Shown here: positions 39,301-54,300 of the stretch, piece by piece
How positions within the stretch are numbered: the first letter of the stretch is position 1
Layout of the letters: every line of letters starts with the position of its first letter
Source of the DNA: Perna viridis
Lineage: Eukaryota
Assembly: GCA_037379345.1 (NCBI GenBank)
Contig: CM074521.1
Location: forward strand, 25,692,704 to 25,756,703
Direction: 5' to 3'
Length of the DNA: 64,000 bases
The notes under the pieces: model-generated
What the model was told of the DNA's origin: nothing
Database searches by the model: none
Seen by the model: the letters and a program-made list of their open reading frames with translations, nothing else
Program-made: the position numbers and the translations under genes

Positions 39301-42300
39301 CCAAGTAAGACATTTGTAGCTTTGACAATACTTTTCTGATTACAATATACTTTACCTGTAGGACCTTTTTAATTACTGCAAGTTCAATAGGATGCCTGCG
39401 ACAAAAGTCACGAAATTGAACATAAGGTTTTGATTTTCCGCGTCGGCTTGGCGTCAGCACTGATGTACAATATTGATTTAACATTTTCTGATGAGGTCAT
39501 TTTTATTTTGAACCACTGGTTAACAGTTGAATAAGCATCACAACATCATTAAATTAATTAAAATTTTATGCATACCCCCTTTGTCATGGTGCATTTTATC
39601 GACTTAAAATTTTGTTAACATTTTTATCTGATTAAAACTGATAAGGTGAGTTTAACATAAACAATCGATGCTAGGTCGATCATATAAGGTATACTGTTGC
39701 ATCACCATCCCTACAATGCAGTTCCATATATCTATGTCATGTTTATGCGCCGCAATTACAGTGTTTTGTCACATACTTTCTTTTTAAGGATGTAATGTTA
39801 GGTTTTCTAAGTACACTAGATTAACTTGAATAATTTGTGTTAGGTCAATATGGTATTTAACGTATAGGTACATTTGCATGACTACTTAACACTTTCATAT
39901 ATGTTTATTGCATGTACCTCCGAGGTCATTATCAACATTTGAAGGCGAGACATATCCCTGTGCTAACAGTTTATTAAGTCAACCGAATATGCGCAAGATT
40001 AAAAAAAAAACAATATTGAGAACTTTATATTCAACATCGCAAAGTCATTTTTGTTTCGTTGGGCAACATTCATTTTTTAATTTTCATTGTTATATATCTC
40101 TGAATATATTTCTGGAAATCAATGGAGCAACAATTTAAAGGTTAATATGAAAAGAACTCTATTCAAGTAGCATTGTAAGCAATCTAATGTGGTTAAAAAT
40201 TCCACGCAGATTTGTCAAGCTCGAGAATAATGTACGAGTTATGATGTTGAAATTTCTTACTCAGGTGATAAAGGAATGTTGCCACAGATAAAAAGAAAGT
40301 CGACGATACGAAATGAGAAGTCATCGAGTTTGTCGTATACTTATATTTTTTTCATTTTCCATTGATATCTTAGAGTATGTCAAGAAATGAGGCTGACTTC
40401 AGAGTATCTGTTGAGTCCTCTATTCCAAGGTATTTTAGAATGTATGTGTTATATAAATTTTGAAAGACATTCCGTATGTCACGCGATAGATAATTTTTAC
40501 ACCTAAAGTGTTTCATTAACAGATCTCTAAGCTTACAATATATTTATTACAGCAACAAGTGCTCAAACTACTACAGCAACTACACCATTAACCAACCCTA
40601 CAACGGTTTCTCCAACTGGATCTACAACAGAGAAATGTACCAAAGTAGAGGTCATGGATCCTGCAGAATATGGAAATGTTAATCTAAAACTTGGAAATAT
40701 ACAGCTTCAAGATAATTTCTTATCAACACTGAAGGACAAGGACTTGCGCGTCTTAGAACTTCAACCTGGACAGGATGACTTTACGTTTACTCCTGAGTCG
40801 TTAACGGAAGTGTATAGTGTCGCTGTTGATGCGACAAATGTTGAATCTGTTAAAGTGGTGTACACAGATGAAAATGGAAAACAGAACACAGTAAGACCAT
40901 TCCATAAATTTAGCTTTTATGATTGACTTTAATCTCTCCTTATTGAAATTAAAAGGATTAGAATTTTTTAAATAAAGGAGTAAAAATATTAGTTTCACTA
41001 TGACAAGTTATTTAGACTGCTTTCATCGTAGAGGTTGTCCTCGTTTAGTCATACTATTTTTCAGTGATAATTCGACTAGGTCCATTTTTTTCGATATTTT
41101 TCATTTTACGTGTAAGCTAGCTACATCCTGTTGTGCAACTTTTTGTTTGGTCAAATATATTTATTTTTGTGATATGTCTGAGGTGCGATTTCTACAGTAT
41201 TGATGATTGTTATTTTGAAATAAATATTTGTTGAAAAATGCTTGTACACTTCTTTTGATTTCAGGTATCAGGAGAACCATTTGAGCAAATTGAATTGAAC
41301 TTTGTTAGTGTGAAGTCACTAACAGTATCACTTGATCGTAAAGATCCAAACCTAAATGTGAAACTAGATCAGATATCAGTTGTTGTTTGTAAAAAAACAA
41401 GTAAGACATTTGTAGCTTTGACAATACTTTAATACTTTCTGATTACAATATACTTTACCTGTAGGACCTTTTAAATGCCGCAAGTTCAATTGGATGCCTG
41501 CGACAAAAGTCACGAAATTGAACCTAAGTTTTGATTTTCCGCGTCGGCTTGGCGTCAGCACGGACGTATAATATTGATTTAACATTTTCTGATGAGGTCA
41601 TTTTTATTTTGAACCACTGGTTAACAGTTGAATAAGCATCACAACATCATTAAATTAATTAAAATTTTATGCATATCCCATTTGTCATGGTGCATTTTAT
41701 CGACTTAAAATTTTGTTAACATTTTTATCTGATTAAAACTGATAAAGTGAGTTTAACATAAACAATCGATGCTAGGTCGATCATATAAGGTATACTGTTG
41801 CATCACCATCCTTACAATGCTGTTCCATATATCTATGTCATGTTTATGCGCCGCAATTACAGTGTTTTGTCACATACTTTCTTTTTAAGGATGTAATGTT
41901 AAGTTTTCTAAGTACACTAGTTTAACTTGAATAATTTGTGTTAGGTCAATATGGTATTTAACGTATAGGTACATTTGCATGACTACTTAACACTTTCATA
42001 TATGTTTATTGCATGTGCCTCCGAGATAATTATCAACATTTGAAGGCGAGACATATCCCTGTGCTAACAGTTTATTAAGTCAACCGAATATGCGCAAGAT
42101 TAAAAAAAACAATATTGAGAACTTTATTTTCAACGTTGCAAAGTCATTTTTGTTTCGTTGGGCAATATTCATTTTTTAATTTTCATTGTTATATATCTCT
42201 GAATATATTTCTGGAAATCAATGGAGCAACAATTTAAAGGTTAATATGAAAAGAACTCTATTCAAGTAGCATTATTGTAATAAATCTAGTGTGGTTAAGA

Positions 42301-45300
42301 AGTCCACGCAGATTTGTCAAGCTCGAGAATAATGTATGAGTTATGATATAGAAATTTCTTACTCAGGTGCTAAAGGAATGTTGCCACAGATAAAAAGAAA
42401 GTCGACGATACGAAATGAGAAGTCATCGAGTTTGTCGTATACTTATAGTTTTTTTCATTTTCCATTGATATCTTAGACTATGTCAAGAAATGAGGCTGAC
42501 TTCAGAGTATCTGTTGAGTCCTCTATTCTAAGATATTTTATAATGTATGTGTTATATAAATTTTGAAAGACATTCCATATGTCACGCGATAGATAATTTT
42601 TACACCTAAAGTGTTTCATAGACAGGTCTCTAAGCTTACACTATATTTATTACAGCAACAAGTGCTCAAACTACTACAGCAACTACACCATTAACCAAAC
42701 CTACAACGGTTTCTCCAACTGGATCTACAACAGAGAAATGTACCAAAGTAGAGGTCATGGATCCTGCAGAATATGGAAATGTTAATCTAAAACTTGGAAA
42801 TATACAGCTTCAAGATAATTTCTTATCAACACTGAAGGACAAGGACTTGCGCGTCTTAGAACTTCAACCTGGACAGGATGACTTTACTTTTACTCCTGAG
42901 TCGTTAACGGAAGTGTATAGTGTCGCTGTTGATGCGACAAATGTTGAATCTGTTAAAGTAGTGTACACAGATGAAAATGGAAAACAGAACACAGTAAGAC
43001 TTTTCCATAAATTTAGCTTTTATGATTGACTTTAACCTCTTCTTATTGAAATTTTAATAATTTTAAATAAAGCAGTACAAATGTTTCACAACAAGTCATT
43101 TAGACCGCTTTCATCATAGGGGTTGTCCTTGTTTAGTCTAGTACTATTTTTTCTGTATTTATTTCGGCTAGATCCAATTTGTTTAATATTATTTATTTTA
43201 CATGTAAGCTAGTTAAACCCAGTGGAGCAACTTTTTTTTTACCAAATATTTACTTTTATAATATATCTGTGGTACGATTTCTGCAATATTTAGAAATTGG
43301 CAATGATAAAAATTTTGTCTATTGAAAAATAATATAAATTTTCCATGTGCATATTGTTCATTGCGCGAAGTGAATTAAACAAAATATGCATACGGAAAAT
43401 TTGTTATTTTTCAAAAGGCAAAATTTTTATCATTGCCAATTCTTATAAATTAATTTGAAAACATATTTTTATTTTTAAACATGGGAAAAGTAGCTCTAAA
43501 TTTAACTGAATAGGGACATGTCAATATTTTGTTATCCATTGAGACATAACAAAATTATTTTAACCAATCTGATTACAGTATTTATCTCAAATTAATTTAT
43601 TGATGATTGACATTTTGTGGTAGAACTCTCCCTTTGATTTCAGGTATCAGGAGAACCATTTAAGCCAATTGAATTGAACTTTGTTAGTGTGAAGTCACTA
43701 ACAGTATCACTTGATCGTAAAGATCCAAACCTAAATGTGAAACTAGACCAGATATCAGTTGTTGTTTGCGAAAAACCAAGTAAGAACTGTGTGTTTACAA
43801 TATAGATTTTAATCTTTAAGTTTTTCATATGGTCGAAGTTGAATTATTTGGTTGTAGAAGAACAGGTGTGATAAACTACATATGCTCTTAAAAAGGAAAT
43901 CTATTTTTCTCAGATATTTGGAAGTACAATCTCATTGTGTTAGGATGCCCAATTTACTCAATGATTAACTAACAAAAAAATATATAAAACTAAATTTAGT
44001 GAAGAAAACTGATACAAACTTTCCATAAGATTTGAATGTATGCTTCATTACAGCAACGACTGCACTAACTACAGTAGTAAGCACTGCTCAAACGTCTGTT
44101 GCAACATCTCTATCAACTACAGTTTCTCCTGGTTATTCTACCACAGAGAGATGTGCCAAGGTAGAAATCATGGACCCTGAAGAATATGGTAATGTGAATT
44201 TGAAGCTTGGAACTTCTCCTCTTGGTGATAACATTTTAGCATACTTGAAGGACAAAGACACAAAATTATTTACCCTTCAGCCAGGTCAAAATGAAATAAC
44301 ATTTGAGCCACAATCATTGACAGAAGTGGATACTGTATTAGTTGAAGGCACAAACATTGCAGATTTGAATGTGATTTATACAGATGAAACTGGAAATGAG
44401 AAGAAAGTAAGATATGTAACTGTGCATTGAAGTACTTCATTTTTATGTCCAAGATTTTTGTCCTCTAACAGTTTGATTTGTCATAGACTATTAATTAAAA
44501 ACAAACAAAAACGTTGAAAGAAGTAACACTATCTTTCTTATTACATTTTGCCAAAACAAGATTTTTTTCCCTTATCCAATGAAATGTTAAAACGGAAACC
44601 TTAAATGATGTTTACATGATCTTTTTACTTGAATTATACAACGAGTGTAATTTGAAATGAAATTTTATAGCTTTGTATTTTCTAGATTTCAGGAGAGGTT
44701 TCTGAAAGAATAGATATGAATTTTGTTACAGTGAAGTCATTGACAATATTTATTGTACGTGAAAATCCAGAGGAAAAAGTGTCTTTAAATCAGGTGTCTG
44801 TGGTAGTCTGTAAAAAACCAGGTATGGATTAAAAAGGTCAACAATCTTGTGTTGGTATTAGAAAATTTTCAGAAGTTCTTTTCTATTGATTAAAGAGGTA
44901 GACCTAGGGTAAGGGACACAACTCTTCAAAATCATTGGAACCTTTGTATTCAGCATTTAACACCAATCACGCTTAAGCATCAACGTAAGTTGGATTTATT
45001 TATTCTGTTTCAAATGAAAGCTTGATAGGTTTTGGTGAAATTGAATATACTATAAACAAATCACTGATTCCAAGAGTTATGTCCCTTACCTAGGTCTACC
45101 TCCTTAAAACGGTAAATTTTCCAAACCTGTTTTTGTTTTCAAAACACACTTTATACATTAATCACTTCAGGACTTAAATATTTACCTTTTGTTTTTTTAA
45201 TAGCAATTAAGTTTAACCCTAGAAATATGAAACAATCCCTATATGATTAAAATCCCTCGTAAAACAAAATCAATATTCAGCTACTAAAATACTAAACATT

Positions 45301-48300
45301 TGTCAAAACAAACATATCAGAGTCGAATCTGACAAGCCTTTCACGTTATTTCTCTGTTTTACTTAGGAAAAAAAGTATTAAAAAAAGAAAACCAAGTATT
45401 TAATAAAAACATATTATTAAACCAAAATGTTTGATTAAACTTATGTTTGGTCATTGTAGCAACCAGTAGTATAGCAACTACTACAACTACTGGAGTATCA
45501 GCTACAACTGTTCCTACCACAGGGACACCTGTTATTACTACAGAAAAATGTAAGACGATATTTGTTTTACTGATTGGAAGTATAAACGATTGAGTGTATC
45601 TTTTTCCTGAAATTTTATATTTACTTAAATGTCTCTTTTGTCCTTGATTGGCAGAAAAAATAGTCCATTATAGTGATATCTTAAAAGTATTTCAAGGAAA
45701 TGAAATGTGATGTCAAGGTATTTAGAGCAATCTTTTTTCTACCTTATCTTGTAGCAACAACTGTTGGAATTACCAAAACAACTGCTAGTCAAACTACACA
45801 AGTTACCACTGTATCCGCTACAGCAACACCTGGTAGTACAACAACAGAAAAATGTTCCAAGGTTGATATTATGGATTCGCAAAAGTTTGGTGAGGTTAAC
45901 CTGCATATGGGACCTCTTAAACTAGATGAAAAATATTTGAATGTGTTGAGACAGGAAGATTTTAGCAGTCTAACTCTTCCAAAAGGCATACTGGACTTAA
46001 CATTTGTTCCAGACTCGGCAACAGAAGTAGATAATGTTTTGATTGTTGCAGCAAATGTTTCAGCTATAAATGTTATTTACACAGATGACAGTGGTAAAGA
46101 AATTACTGTAAGTTATTTACTGTTTTCCTTCCCTGCATACAAAGTGTAAAAAATGTCCTTTTGTCCATATTTGTAATGTTTACTTTCCCTAAACTGTTGT
46201 ATATAAAGTAGGCCAGAGTTAGTGGCCTTTATTCAGACGTCTTAATGAACCATTTTTGCCTGAGCGAAAGGCTTTTTGACTAAGTAAAACAAATATGTCT
46301 CATACACTGCCTAACAAAGGGTTATATCTGATATCCCGATTTAATGAGAAATATTCTGTTTCTGACAAATAAAATATAATTTATGGATTTCATAATAACA
46401 CCATAACTTATGATATTCTCTTTAGATAACTAATATAAGCAAATTCATTTGCTGGCAATTTTCTGCTATCTGTTTGTAGTACAATATACCATACTCAATT
46501 ATTCGTAATGGAAGTGGGAATGTAAACATCCTAGGAAAACCCACCATTTTCATCTGAAACTCCTATACAAAGTCAGTCATTGTGGTTTTTTCTAACTTTC
46601 CGGTTGTGCCTTGACTAAATTTCTGCTAGAATCTTGGTTCACATTTAGTCTTTGACTATTCCTTTTGTCTGTTGCCGAGATCTTTTCAGTTTGGTACTTT
46701 GTTTTGATGTTTAAATGTTGTTTTTTAGGTTTCTGGCAAACCATCTGAAAAAATTGATTTGAACTTTGTCAGTGTTCAGTCCCTGAAAATATCTCTTGTT
46801 CCTGTCAGCGCTGAAGTAGAAGTATCAGTAGACAAGGTTTCAGTTATAGTATGTGTGAAACCAGGTAAAGCAACATTTTTCAAAATCTTTACATATTCCT
46901 TGTTTTCATGATGTCAAGTGAAACATTATTTCCACTTGTTCATTAAACCTAAATTAAATGCACAAAAGTATAATATTCCTTTTTTTTTTTTTTTTTTAGA
47001 AAAATTGAAAGTGCCAAAATAAATAAATGTGAATTTATAAAGTGAAATTATGTTGAAATAATTCTGAAAAAATACTTTTACACTTATGATTAACTAAATA
47101 ACATGTCTTTTTTATCTTGATGGTTTTGCATTGCGTTGTCGTTTTTCGGTCAACATGTTGTTTGATTATTCAAGAAAGCTTCAAGGGACTTAGATGATTT
47201 TTTATATGTTTGTCTAGTTTTCCTTTTTTGCCACTGTGATTGTTCATGTCCTTTGATGTATTCAAAACATTATTTTTACACTTGTTAACAACATCTTCCA
47301 GCAACCACAACGGTAAAGACGACAACCAGTAGTATAACAAGTGAAACTACTAGTGGGACAACATCATCTACGTCAACAACTCAAGGAACAACTACAGAGC
47401 CTTGTGCACAGGCTAATATAATGAATGAAGATGAATATGGCAAAGTTCCTCTTTTCTTAGGAGCAACCTCTGTATTGCCTGATGTTGTAAAGGATGCATT
47501 AAAGGATGACGATGAGAAAGAAGCCCATATACTCGATTTTATGAATATTGTATTTAAACCTAATAAACCAACTGAAGTCTTCCTAATGGAAGTATTGGCA
47601 GACAATCTTGCCCGAATGACAATTAGCTACAAAGAGGAAAATACACCAGAAGTTAAAACAGTATGTTGACATATATTCTTTTTACTTATTGTAATAAATG
47701 TTTGTGTTTAAAAAATGAAAATTTCCCAAATTACATCTGCTGAATGATTTATTTAAAGCAGTTGTCCTGTTGTACAAAGCAGAGGGTATGATATATTCTT
47801 TAAATGCATGAAATGTTAACTAATTTGTGTAACTTTACATTTAATCAACCATTCAGCGTTATGTGTGTACCATATTATAGTTTGTACTTTTTGTGTTTCT
47901 TTTTTGAAACATGCTTGCTAGGTTTACCAAAGACAATGAACCATATCACTTTGTGTCTGACAGGTTTGTTCAGTTAAGACTGTATGCTTTGTGCATTTTC
48001 TTGACTTTTTATGAGCAACTCGGCCGGTGTTTCTAGAAAAGCAGAGGACGCTTACCCTACCGGTGCACCTGGTCTATGCTCCTAGTTTTTAGTGGAGTCC
48101 GAGTTGCTCATTTGCTTTTGATACTTTGTATGTATGATTTTAGTTACTTTATGTTCTTTGTTGTGTATGTCTGTTTTCCATGTCTGGTCTTTGTCACCGG
48201 ATTACATTTTGTTGATTACCGCTATAACATTAGTTCCCTTGATTACTCTTTCAAAAATGATAGAAACATACATCAAGGAATTAAGATGTTGTCTGTCTTG

Positions 48301-51300
48301 TTTACACTGGTGTATTGTTCATTCAGGTTTTGAGTAGGCAGATTTCACTGTGCAAATTTTATGATTGGGGAGTTATACTCGATTTGTTTATGCATTTTAC
48401 AGATCAAAGTAAATGAACCTTCAAAACCTGTTAATCTTAATGGGGTAAAAGTTGAAGAGCTGACCATTACTTTTATTGCTGTAGACAAATCAAAAGACAT
48501 ATTAGTGAACAAGCTATCAGTTTCTGCATGTGTTAAACCTAGTAAGTAACAAGATACTGTGTATGGTATATGAATGTGCCCCAATTCAATTGTGCTAATG
48601 ACATTCTTCATAGATATAAGAAAAATGAATTTTTTTCCCAAAAGGATACAATTTGTTAGAGGTGATTTCTGTCTGAATTAAGTCAATGCCAATTTTCCCC
48701 TTGTTCCTTGCTTTTTCATATTATTTTTTGCTTTAATGATATCTACAACATGATACTGTAATTGTTCTTCATTTTCAAGGACTAAAGGTTTTTTTTACGT
48801 ATCACTTCCTGTTAATATCTAGTTTATCTGGTAAGATTTTAAATTTATATACTTCAAGTTGATCAGATTTGAAATATATCAAAAATGCTTTTGAACATTT
48901 TTAGAATGTGTGCAATTTATAAATGTATATTTTAGTTACAACGACAGCCCAACCTGAAACTTCTCAAGCAGCCCCAACAACTGAATCAGGACCTGCATTT
49001 ACATCAACTAGTGGTATGTAAGCTTCCTGATACAATGCATAGTCAGAAACTATATTTTCTTTACATTACTTTGATCTTAAAATTGTCATTTCAGGGTTTC
49101 CAATTCACATGACCAAAACACTATCCTGGTAAGCCTTATCCAAACTGAAGATCAAAAATGTATATCATAAAGAAAACACACTTACAGTCGTTATATAATA
49201 AATGCATGCAGCAACAATATTAAAGTGATAAGATGAAAAAAACAACAAAATCTTCATTGTCCATTAAGTTACCACTATCCTGACTGATGATAAAATTCAA
49301 TGCATTGCTGAGTGCTAAAAAGATAGCATGTAGTACATGTATGCAGTTCTTGAAATTACATTGATATCTCACAGATAATTCCGGTGAATAGTTAAACATG
49401 AAAGTTCCAAGGGTTTCAAAATTGATTAACTAGCATTATCAGGTGTGCTTCCAATGCTGATATTACAACCCTGCACTATTTTAGGTTTTCATATGCAGTC
49501 AAATGAGAAGCCTACGAAAATATGTTTATGCAAAATAGTCTTTATCATAAAATATAATATAAAATATAATAATTTCAAATATATAGGATTAAAATCATTG
49601 ATAGAAGATGACAATGAACTTTTGCACAGCTGTTTGAATATGATCGTATAACATTATTTTGCCGCTTGCAAAATCTTCACCAAAACAATTCTAATTTGAC
49701 AGGAATGCTTTTTGCATTTTATTTACACAGTACATGGTTTAAACAAGAGATCAATGATTGCGTATTAAGGATTGAATATATTTTGTATTTGTATTTAATT
49801 TTTATTTTTCCTAAGAGTTTCAACTTCTTCTACAACTGTTCAACCAATTCAGAAAAGAAACAGAAGTAAATGAATACTTGTTTTCTCTGTTAATCCAAAT
49901 TATCAAATTGTTTTACAAATTTTTGCTTAGTTTCAACTGCCACTACAACTGTTCCGCCAACTACATCGACTCCACCAGTTTCAACCCCTGAAACTTGTGA
50001 GGAGGTTGACAACATGGGACCATTATCAGAAAACATTAAAGAGGTGACAAAGAATGGTAATCCATTGAGTGAAGATGATAAGAACAAATTACAGCCTGGT
50101 GATGATAAGAAGTTAACTGTATCTAAGACTGACACTTTGTCGATTGTTATGGAAACACAAGAAGAAATTGATAAAATTGAAGTACTAGAAACAACCAATG
50201 TAAAGGAAGTAAACGTTATCCTGAAGGACGAAGATGGAACAACAGTTCTTGTAAGTATCAATAAATGTATTCATACTCTCGAAATTAATTATGTTTTTAA
50301 TTTCATTTTTTTTTTCATTTCTTTATTTCATGCATTATAACCAATCTTCAGTATAATTGCAAAATGCACACACTTTTATGATATTAGTTTCTATGTTACC
50401 GTGTTGGACTTTTTATCTTTTGTCGTAAAAAAAGGTTCACATGTCCAATGGAAAATGTTTAGATGTAACATGCATTAACTGTCCCAAGCAGCATTGGCGA
50501 TTTTCAAAATAAACAAGAGCTTTCATTCTTAATAATCGAATTTAAAATATTAAATCTTTTTGCCTTGTAGGATGAGACCATTTCACCAGAGGAAATTGTA
50601 AATGTTCCAAATAAGGTAGCTGGAAGTATCACTTTCACATTTGTACCAACAGACCCAAATGAAGATATGGAAGTAGGATCCGTTTCTGCTGAAGTTTGTG
50701 TTAAACCAGGTAAATGTTGTGATTAGATTTAAAGATATATTTAGAACACGTAAGATCTTTAATTCTGGTTCTTGTGTGATATAATTGTCGAGCAAACATG
50801 ATAATAGAGTAATTTGTGTGAAATGTCCTTGAATTGATAAACATTTGGATCTGTGGTATATTGAGAGAAATGTTAGATTAGGACTAGGCATTTTTATGGG
50901 AAATGAGGATCAAGAAAGATTTGAATTTGTAAATTGATTTTTTAAGATTCGTTTAAATTCTAACTTATATTTAACTTAATCAAAACAAGAAGTGTAAAGT
51001 TTTGTTATAAGTGATGAAATGTTTTGGTTGATAATATTATATTATCATCTAAATCTTACTTATTTTTGGAGTTGAGAAAAAAACTATTTGTGAAATTTTA
51101 ATTTTCAAAGGGAATCAGCCATATGACTATTGTTGAAACGGAAAATTTACACCATTTCACTGATGCTTTCCTTCCCTTAATTCAGTATCTCCCGAAATAT
51201 TGGACTACAAACAACCTTATTGTATTTAATTGTTTCATATGGAAACACAGAAACACACACAACGTCAAAAAAAGAGAATTAAACACATTAGTTGAGCAGA

Positions 51301-54300
51301 TGACTTGTATATTTTTTTGTTTTTAGCTGATATTATATATCAGTAGGTTATGTTTTGTTTGTTAATTGGAATCTTTATTAATTTTAAATCGAAATAGATC
51401 AGATTGATTAAGTCATTTTTCCCTAACAGTTACAACTGCCACTACAACTGTTCCACCAACTACATCGACTCCACCAGCTTCAACCCCTGAAACTTGTGAG
51501 GAGGTTGACAACATGGGACCATTATCAGAAAACATTAAAGAGGTGACAAAGAATGGTAATCCATTGAGTGAAGATGATAAGAACAAATTACAGCCTGGTG
51601 ATGATAAGAAGTTAACTGTATCTAAGACTGACACTTTGTCGATTGTTATGGAAACACAAGAAGAAGTTGATAAAATTGAAGTACTAGAAACAACCAATGT
51701 AAAGGAAGTAAACGTTATCCTGAAGGACGAAGATGGAACAACAGTTCTTGTAAGTATCAATAAATGTATTCATACTCTCGAAATTAATTATGTTTTTAAT
51801 TTCATTTTTTTTTCATTTCTTTATTTCATGCATTATAACCAATCTTCAGTATAATTGCAAAATGCACACACTTTTATGATATTAGTTTCTATGTTACCGT
51901 GTTGGACTTTTTATCTTTTGTCGTAAAAAAAGGTTCACATTTCCAATGGAAAATGTTTAGATGTAACATGCATTAACTGTCCCAAGCAGCATTGGCGATT
52001 TTCAAAATAAACAAGAGCTTTCATTCTTAATAATGGAATTTAAAATATTAAATCTTTTTGCCTTGTAGGATGAGACCATTTCACCAGAGGAAATTGTAAA
52101 TGTTCCAAATAAGGTAGCTGGAAGTATCACTTTCACATTTGTACCAACAGACCCAAATGAAGATATGGAAGTAGGATCCATTTCTGCTGAAGTTTGTGTT
52201 AAACCAGGTAAATGTTGTGATTAGATTTAAAGATATATTTAGAACACGTAAGATCTTTAATTCTGGTTCTTGTGTGATATAATTGTCGAGCAAACATGAT
52301 AATAGAGTAATTTGTGTGAAATGTCCTTGAATTGATAAACATTTGGATCTGTGGTATATTGAGAGAAATGTTAGATTAGGACTAGGCATTTTTATGGGAA
52401 ATGAGGATCAAGAAAGATTTGAATTTGTAAATTGATTTTTTAAGATTCGTTTAAATTCTAACTTATATTTAACTTAATCAAAACAAGAAGTGTAAAGTTT
52501 TGTTATAAGTGATGAAATGTTTTGGTTGATAATATTATATTATCATCTAAATCTTACTTATTTTTGGAGTTGAGAAAAAAAACTATTTGTGAAATTTTAA
52601 TTTTCAAAGGGAATCAGCCATATGACTATTGTTGAAACGGAAAATTTACACAATTTCACTGATGCTTTCCTTCCCTTAATTCAGTATCTCCCGAAATATT
52701 GGACTACAAACAACCTTATTGTATTTAATTGTTTCATATGGAAGCACAGAAACACACACAACGTCAAAAAAAGAGAATTAAACACATTAGTTGAGCAGAT
52801 GACTTGTATATTTTTTTGTTTTTAGCTGATATTATATATCAGTAGGTTATGTTTTGTTTGTTAATTGGAATCTTTATTAATTTTAAATCGAAATAGATCA
52901 GATTGATTAAGTCATTTTTCCCTAACAGTTACAACTGCCACTACAACTGTTCCACCAACTACATCGACTCCACCAGTTTCAACCCCTGAAACTTGTGAGG
53001 AGGTTGACAACATGGGACCATTATCAGAAAACATTAAAGAGGTGACAAAGAATGGTAATCCATTGAGTGAAGATGATAAGAACAAATTACAGCCTGGTGA
53101 TGATAAGAAGTTAACTGTATCTAAGACTGACACTTTGTCGATTGTTATGGAAACACAAGAAGAAGTTGATAAAATTGAAGTACTAGAAACAACCAATGTA
53201 AAGGAAGTAAACGTTATCCTGAAGGACGAAGATGGAACAACAGTTCTTGTAAGTATCAATAAATGTATTCATACTCTCGAAATTAATTATGTTTTTAATT
53301 TCATTTTTTTTTCATTTCTTTATTTCATGCATTATAACCAATCTTCAGTATAATTGCAAAATGCACACACTTTTATGATATTAGTTTCTATGTTACCGTG
53401 TTGGACTTTTTATCTTTTGTCGTAAAAAAAGGTTCACATTTCCAATGGAAAATGTTTAGATGTAACATGCATTAACTGTCCCAAGCAGCATTGGCGATTT
53501 TCAAAATAAACAAGAGCTTTCATTCTTAATAATGGAATTTAAAATATTAAATCTTTTTGCCTTGTAGGATGAGACCATTTCACCAGAGGAAATTGTAAAT
53601 GTTCCAAATAAGGTAGCTGGAAGTATCACTTTCACATTTGTACCAACAGACCCAAATGAAGATATGGAAGTAGGATCCATTTCTGCTGAAGTTTGTGTTA
53701 AACCAGGTAAATGTTGTGATTAGATTTAAAGATATATTTAGAACACGTAAGATCTTTAATTCTGGTTCTTGTGTGATGTAATAGTCGAGCAAACATGATA
53801 ATAGAGTAATTTGTGTGAAATGTCCTTGAATTGATAAACATTTGGATCTGTGGTATATTGAGAGAAATGTTAGATTAGGACTAGGCATTTTTATGGGAAA
53901 TGAGGATCAAGAAAGATTTGAATTTGTAAATTGATTTTTTTAAGATTCGTTTAAATTCTAACTTATATTTAACTTAATCAAAACAAGAAGTGTAAAGTTT
54001 TGTTATAAGTGATGAAATGTTTTGGTTGATAATATTATATTATCATCTAAATCTTACTTATTTTTGGAGTTGAGAAAAAAAACTATTTGTGAAATTTTAA
54101 TTTTCAAAGGGAATCAGCCATATGACTATTGTTGAAACGGAAAATTTACACAATTTCACTGATGCTTTCCTTCCCTTAATTCAGTATCTCCCGAAATATT
54201 GGACTACAAACAACCTTATTGTATTTAATTGTTTCATATGGAAACACAGAAACACACACAACGTCAAAAAAAGAGAATTAAACACATTAGTTGAGCAGAT

